64,000 nt of DNA from Escherichia coli (GTDB taxonomy: Bacteria; Pseudomonadota; Gammaproteobacteria; Enterobacterales; Enterobacteriaceae), in NCBI RefSeq assembly GCF_003018255.1, contig NZ_CP027440.1. One strand, 5' to 3'. This document shows positions 59,308-64,000 of this stretch, piece after piece (position 1 is the first letter of the stretch; the number at the start of each line of letters is the position of its first letter). The translations under genes and the position numbers were made by a program. Under the pieces are notes generated by a model that saw nothing but the letters and a program-made list of their open reading frames with translations, had not been told where the DNA came from and made no database searches.

Positions 59308-59826
59308 TCAGAAGGCAGACGTATCCTGGAACAGACCGACTTTCAGGTCGCTGGCGGTATAGATCAGACGACCATCAACCAGCACTTCGCCATCTGCCAG
59401 ACCCATAATCAGACGTCGATTAACAATGCGTTTAAAGTGAATACGGTAGGTCACTTTTTTCGCTGTCGGCAGTACCTGACCGGTGAATTTCACTTCGCCA
59501 ACGCCCAGCGCGCGGCCTTTACCTTCGCCGCCCAGCCAGCCGAGGTAGAACCCTACCAGCTGCCACATTGCGTCCAGGCCCAGGCATCCCGGCATAACCG
59601 GATCGCCAATGAAGTGGCATCCGAAGAACCACAGATCCGGATTGATATCCAGTTCTGCTTCAACATACCCTTTGTCGAAGTTACCACCCGTTTCGGTCAT
59701 TTTGACCACACGGTCCATCATCAGCATGTTCGGTGCTGGCAATTGCGGGCCTTTAGCGCCAAACAGTTCACCGCGACCAGAGGCAAGAAGGTCTTCTTTT
59801 GTATAGGATTCGCGTTTATCTACCAT
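59308..59826 (-). CDS. fabA: 3-hydroxydecanoyl-ACP dehydratase/isomerase
   Basis: ORF 59308..60024 runs upstream into ycbZ; known N-terminus [14 protein letters not shown] at ATG 59824-59826 gives 172 aa. Confidence 0.96.
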
Positions 59827-59864
59827 GTTCTCTGTAAGCCTTATTTTATTGAAGCACGCAGGAT

Positions 59865-59900
59865 AGCTAACACGTGTACGCTGAACAAGTCCGATCAGTT
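59865..59900 (-). promoter_or_regulatory. fabA operator region: FabR palindrome and FadR site
   Basis: Minus-strand AGCGTACACGTGTTAGCT (FabR-type palindrome, plus 59865-59882) adjacent to AACTGATCGGACTTGTT (FadR-like, plus 59884-59900); the FadR site overlaps the last codons of ycbZ. Confidence 0.6.
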
Positions 59901-61655
59901 CGGAATAAACCAGTTCAGCCAACGCAATGGCCATGGAAAACGGTGACGTCCTTCCTGTTGCGATGCTTGCGCGATACGTTCCTGGATGGTTTGCATCAGC
60001 GTCGTTTGGCCTTCGCCATCCCACACCAGATTTAATAATAACGGCAGTGCGTCAGTCACATCGTCTACTGCCCAGATGGTGAATTTGCCTTCTTCTACCG
60101 CTTTCACCAGTTCACTGTGAAGACTTAAATGGCGAATGTTAGCAGTGGGGATAATGACACCTTGTTTCCCGGTTAACTCACGTTGCTGGCAAATAGCAAA
60201 GAAGCCTTCGATTTTCTCATTTAAACCACCGACCGGCTGGGCACGACCGAACTGATCGACTGAACCTGTGATAGCGATACTCTGATTCACCGGCACATCG
60301 GCGAGGGCGCTTATCAGGGCGCAGAGTTCAGCCATCGAGGCACTATCGCCATCCACTTCACTGTATGACTGCTCAAATGTCAGCGATGCTGAGAAGGGGA
60401 TCTGTTGCTCAAGCTGTAGTTCCGACATCAGGAACGCCTGCATGATCATCATCCCTTTCGCATGGATATTGCCGCCAAGCTCCGCTTTGCGTTCGATGTC
60501 GGTGAACTCACCATCGCCAATATGCACAACGCAGCTAATGCGAGAAGGTTCGCCAAAAGCGCGTGGATGACCCGGAAATTCAATGACCGAAAGGGCGTTA
60601 ATTTGCCCGATGCGTTCGCCTTCGGTTTCAATCAGGATTTGCTCCTGAAGAATCTCATCCTGCATGCGTTCAGCGAGGAAACCTTCACGCCATTCACGCT
60701 GCTGCAGCATTAAGTTTAGCTGCTCGCCGGAGAAGGTGTCGCCATCGCACAGGGAGGCGACCTCTTTACACTGGCGGAGGATCCACTGCGGGCTAAGCGG
60801 AAGTGTTTCTTGTTCACCGGTGTAGCGGGCTGCTTCGCGGATAAGTACCGGCCAGGCATCCGCTCCCGGTGCAGGTAAGTGATTATGTCTTGCGGTCAAT
60901 GTTACCCAGCGACACCACTGGCTTACTGACTCCGCATCGACAATCTGCAGAGTATCTTCAAATTCGCTATAAATAGCCTGCTCTGAAAGCTCTGGTTCCA
61001 TCTCCTGGAAATCAGCCAATGATTCGCGTTCGCCTACCAGAATGACTTTCAGCTTCAATGGCATCGAAGGCACAGAGACGGGGAGAGGGCGCGACTCATC
61101 AAACGCAACCCAGTCAAAACGCTCGCGGTTAACGATATTTTTCAGCCGCATCCACAGCAGAGGTTGCGCCAGCAGTGTACGCAAAGAGATGATGAGAATA
61201 CCGCCATTTGCCTGATGCACCAGACCTGGCTGCAGGGTAATGTCGCCATTAAACTGGCGCAGGCAGCCAAAGAGTTGTTCCGCTTCTACCCAGTCGGCAG
61301 CGACAACTTGCGTTAAAGTCGCAAAATTATCATCTGCACTCACTGCGTTACGTAAGCGGATGGTGTGCCCGGAAACCTCATAGTGACCGCCCACCAGTTG
61401 GCCTGCATCGCTTTGTAGCGCACGCGCGGCATCGGCAATAAGATTCAGATACTCAGACTCTTCCGGGGCCTTCGCCAGCATAAAAGAGGAGGATGCTCGC
61501 GTATGCAGCAACTGCTCCAGCGCAAATTGCAGTCGCGGTTGAGTATCACTGAATAAAGGATCGTTTTCGTCAATCAAATGTGGCTGAGCAAATATTTCCT
61601 GATAGCTATCGGTATCAGGAACCAGGTCACGCCATGCAAGTTTCGTAATGGTCAA
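59895..61655 (-). CDS. ycbZ: Lon-like protease (LonH family)
   Basis: 586-aa ORF; matches YcbZ. Confidence 0.92.
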
Positions 61656-61840
61656 AGTTGATGTTTTTTAGTCTGTTGTCAAAGCCGCGATTATACCGTA
61701 ACCGGCACTACAGCACACGTAGAAAGCACCGACAATACTCCTGGCATGGGCGTTAAAGCTCACAGGATGGAGATTCTTTTCTTCACTGGCCCAAAAAGCT
61801 GATATTCTGTAAAGAGTTACACGGTAACATTGAGATCGCT

Positions 61841-62293
61841 ATGAAATATCAACAACTTGAAAATCTTGAAAGCGGTTGGAAATGGAAGTATCTGGTGAAG
61901 AAGCACCGCGAAGGGGAGTTAATCACCCGTTACATAGAAGCCAGTGCCGCCCAGGAAGCCGTCGATGTGTTGCTCTCGCTGGAAAATGAACCCGTGCTGG
62001 TAAATGGCTGGATTGACAAGCATATGAATCCGGAACTGGTCAATCGCATGAAGCAAACCATTCGGGCCAGACGGAAGCGCCATTTTAATGCGGAACATCA
62101 GCATACGCGCAAAAAATCGATCGATCTGGAATTTATTGTCTGGCAACGTCTGGCTGGTCTTGCGCAGCGTCGCGGTAAAACGCTTTCTGAAACGATTGTT
62201 CAGCTGATTGAAGATGCGGAAAACAAAGAGAAATACGCGAATAAAATGTCTTCTTTGAAGCAGGATCTGCAGGCATTGCTGGGTAAGGAATAA
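61841..62293 (+). CDS. matP: macrodomain Ter organiser MatP
   Basis: 150-aa ORF; matches MatP (YcbG). Confidence 0.95.
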
Positions 62294-62325
62294 CTGACGA
62301 AAGTCAGTTCAATTTTCTAAAGACG

Positions 62326-62355
62326 AAAAAAAACCCCGCAGCAGCGGGGTTTTTT
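62326..62355. terminator. bidirectional Rho-independent terminator (matP on +, ompA on -)
   Basis: Hairpin ccccgc-agca-gcgggg flanked by A8 and T6. Confidence 0.8.
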
Positions 62356-62368
62356 ACCAGACGAGAAC

Positions 62369-63421
62369 TTAAGCCTGCGGCTGAGTTACAACGTCTTTGA
62401 TGCCTTTAACTTCGATCTCTACGCGACGATCCGGAGCCAGGCAATCGATCAGTGCAGCACGCTGTTTCACGTTGTCACAGGTGTTGCCAGTAACCGGGTT
62501 GGATTCGCCCATACCACGTGCGGAGATTTTGTCTGCCGGGATACCTTTAGAGATCAGGTAATCAACAACGGACTGAGCACGACGCTCGGACAGAGCCTGG
62601 TTATAAGCGTCAGAACCGATGCGGTCAGTGTAACCCAGAACAACTACGGAACCGTCTTTCGGATCCAGGTTGCTCAGCTGGCTGTACAGCTGATCCAGAG
62701 CAGCCTGACCTTCCGGTTTCAGGGTTGCTTTGTTGAAGGTGAACAGAACGTCAGACTTCAGAGTGAAGTGCTTGGTCTGTACTTCCGGTGCCGGAGCTGG
62801 AGCCGGAGCAACTACTGGAGCTGCTTCGCCCTGACCGAAACGGTAGGAAACACCCAGGCTCAGCATGCCGTTGTCCGGACGAGTGCCGATGGTGTGTGCA
62901 TCACCGATGTTGTTGGTCCACTGGTATTCCAGACGGGTAGCGATTTCAGGAGTGATCGCATACTCAACACCGCCAGCGAAGACCGGAGAAACGCCGGTGT
63001 CGTGGTCTTTAAAGGATGCGCCACCAGGTACGTTAGCCTTGGTGTCTGCACGCCATACCATACCACCCAGACGAGTGTAGATGTCCAGATCGTCAGTGAT
63101 TGGGTAACCCAGTTTAGCGGTCAGCTGAACGCCCTGAGCTTTGTATGCGCCGTTGATGTTGTCGCCTTTGTACGGCATACGACCTAACCAGTCGTAACCC
63201 ATTTCAAAGCCAACATACGGGTTAACCTGGTAACCACCAAAAGCACCTGCACCCAGTTGGTTTTCGTGGGTCGGACCATTGTTAGGAATAAAACCAGTGT
63301 CATGGTACTGGGACCAGCCCAGTTTAGCACCAGTGTACCAGGTGTTATCTTTCGGAGCGGCCTGCGCTACGGTAGCGAAACCAGCCAGTGCCACTGCAAT
63401 CGCGATAGCTGTCTTTTTCAT
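62369..63421 (-). CDS. ompA: outer membrane protein A (variant allele, 350 aa)
   Basis: ORF 62369..63508; known N-terminus [21 protein letters not shown] at ATG 63419-63421; beta-barrel plus C-terminal OmpA-like domain; 4 aa longer than the K-12 protein as recalled. Confidence 0.96.
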   Translation of the reverse strand: MKKTAIAIAVALAGFATVAQAAPKDNTWYTGAKLGWSQYHDTGFIPNNGPTHENQLGAGAFGGYQVNPYVGFEMGYDWLGRMPYKGDNINGAYKAQGVQLTAKLGYPITDDLDIYTRLGGMVWRADTKANVPGGASFKDHDTGVSPVFAGGVEYAITPEIATRLEYQWTNNIGDAHTIGTRPDNGMLSLGVSYRFGQGEAAPVVAPAPAPAPEVQTKHFTLKSDVLFTFNKATLKPEGQAALDQLYSQLSNLDPKDGSVVVLGYTDRIGSDAYNQALSERRAQSVVDYLISKGIPADKISARGMGESNPVTGNTCDNVKQRAALIDCLAPDRRVEIEVKGIKDVVTQPQA

Positions 63422-63553
63422 TTTTTGCGCCTCGTTATCATCCAAAATACGCCATGAATATCTCCAACGAGATAACACGGTTAAATCCTTCACCGGGGAT
63501 CTGCTCAATATTAACTCTACCGATATCTTCGGCTTATGCCGAGCACCCCTGGC
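63422..63553 (-). promoter_or_regulatory. ompA long 5' UTR (inferred P2 start near 63553)
   Basis: Minus-strand sequence beginning GCCAGGGGTGCTCGGCATAAGCCGAAGATATCGG matches the recalled 5' end of the ~133-nt ompA leader, a known MicA target region. Confidence 0.5.
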
Positions 63554-63776
63554 GATGTAAAGTCTACAACGTAGTTGAAAACTTACAAGTGTGAACTCCG
63601 TCAGGCATATGAAAAAAAAGTCTTGTATAAGGTACGTTTAATCTTTTTTGTCAGCGACAATTTACAGAAGAAAATCGCGGAAACCGCTTCAGACAAGCCT
63701 CCGCAAGGAAAATTAGTCACGACTGAAAGCATTGGCTGGGCGACAAAAAAAGTTCCAGGATTAATCCTAAATTTAC

Positions 63777-64000
63777 TTAATGATACAAATTAGAGTGAAT
63801 TTTTAGCCCGGAAAGTTGTCTCGTTGCGTGAGAGGATGCGCTTACCGGACGCATAATAAACCCCATAGCGTTACCTTCATTTGCCGCATCAACAAGTTCA
63901 GCATGCTCTTCTGCAGTCAAATCATCTGCCAACCAACCGATCACCACGCTGTAATTGCCCGTGCGTAAAGCGCGAACCATTGACTCCACGGTGTGGCAAG
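63777..64000 (-). CDS. sulA: SOS cell-division inhibitor SulA (3' portion only; 5' end beyond window edge)
   Basis: ORF 63777..63989 encodes ...[24 protein letters not shown]...KIHSNLYH, the SulA C-terminus; reading frame continues to the window edge. Confidence 0.85.

Noticed and set aside
63575-63793. 72-aa lysine-rich ORF in the ompA-sulA spacer
   Set aside because: Lies in AT-rich promoter/leader DNA upstream of ompA, has no ribosome-binding site I can see and no recognisable fold; most likely a chance ORF.

Overview
This window is a conserved Escherichia coli core-chromosome segment, co-linear with the K-12 map from pflA to sulA (roughly b0902 to b0958, order recalled from memory, not searched). 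I did not find an undescribed biological system here. Gene order: pflA-pflB-focA-ycaO (all -), ycaP-serC-aroA-ycaL-cmk-rpsA-ihfB-ycaI-msbA-lpxK-ycaQ-ycaR-kdsB-ycbJ (+), elyC (-), cmoM(smtA)-mukF-mukE-mukB (+), an IS200-family insertion, ldtD-mepK-gloC (+), aspC-ompF-asnS-pncB (-), pepN (+), ssuBCDAE (-), pyrD-zapC (+), ycbX (-), rlmL-uup-pqiABC-rmf (+), fabA-ycbZ (-), matP (+), ompA and the 3' part of sulA (-). Fifty-one CDS are called (50 chromosomal plus the IS200 transposase); wherever the six-frame ORF was longer than the known protein I moved the start to the internal start codon that reproduces the known N-terminus. I found no rRNA, tRNA, CRISPR array, prophage or defence/toxin-antitoxin cluster. 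Three things differ from the K-12 organisation as I recall it: (1) a ~0.71 kb IS200/IS605-family element sits between the mukB terminator and ldtD; (2) ssuE and pyrD are directly adjacent, so the ~7 kb elfADCG-ycbUVF fimbrial cluster is not present; (3) OmpA carries surface-loop substitutions and a 4-aa longer loop 3. Other observations are smaller: REP/BIME repeats, terminators, known operator sites, convergent gene overlaps. All homology statements rest on reading the translations against remembered protein sequences; no database search or computation was run.
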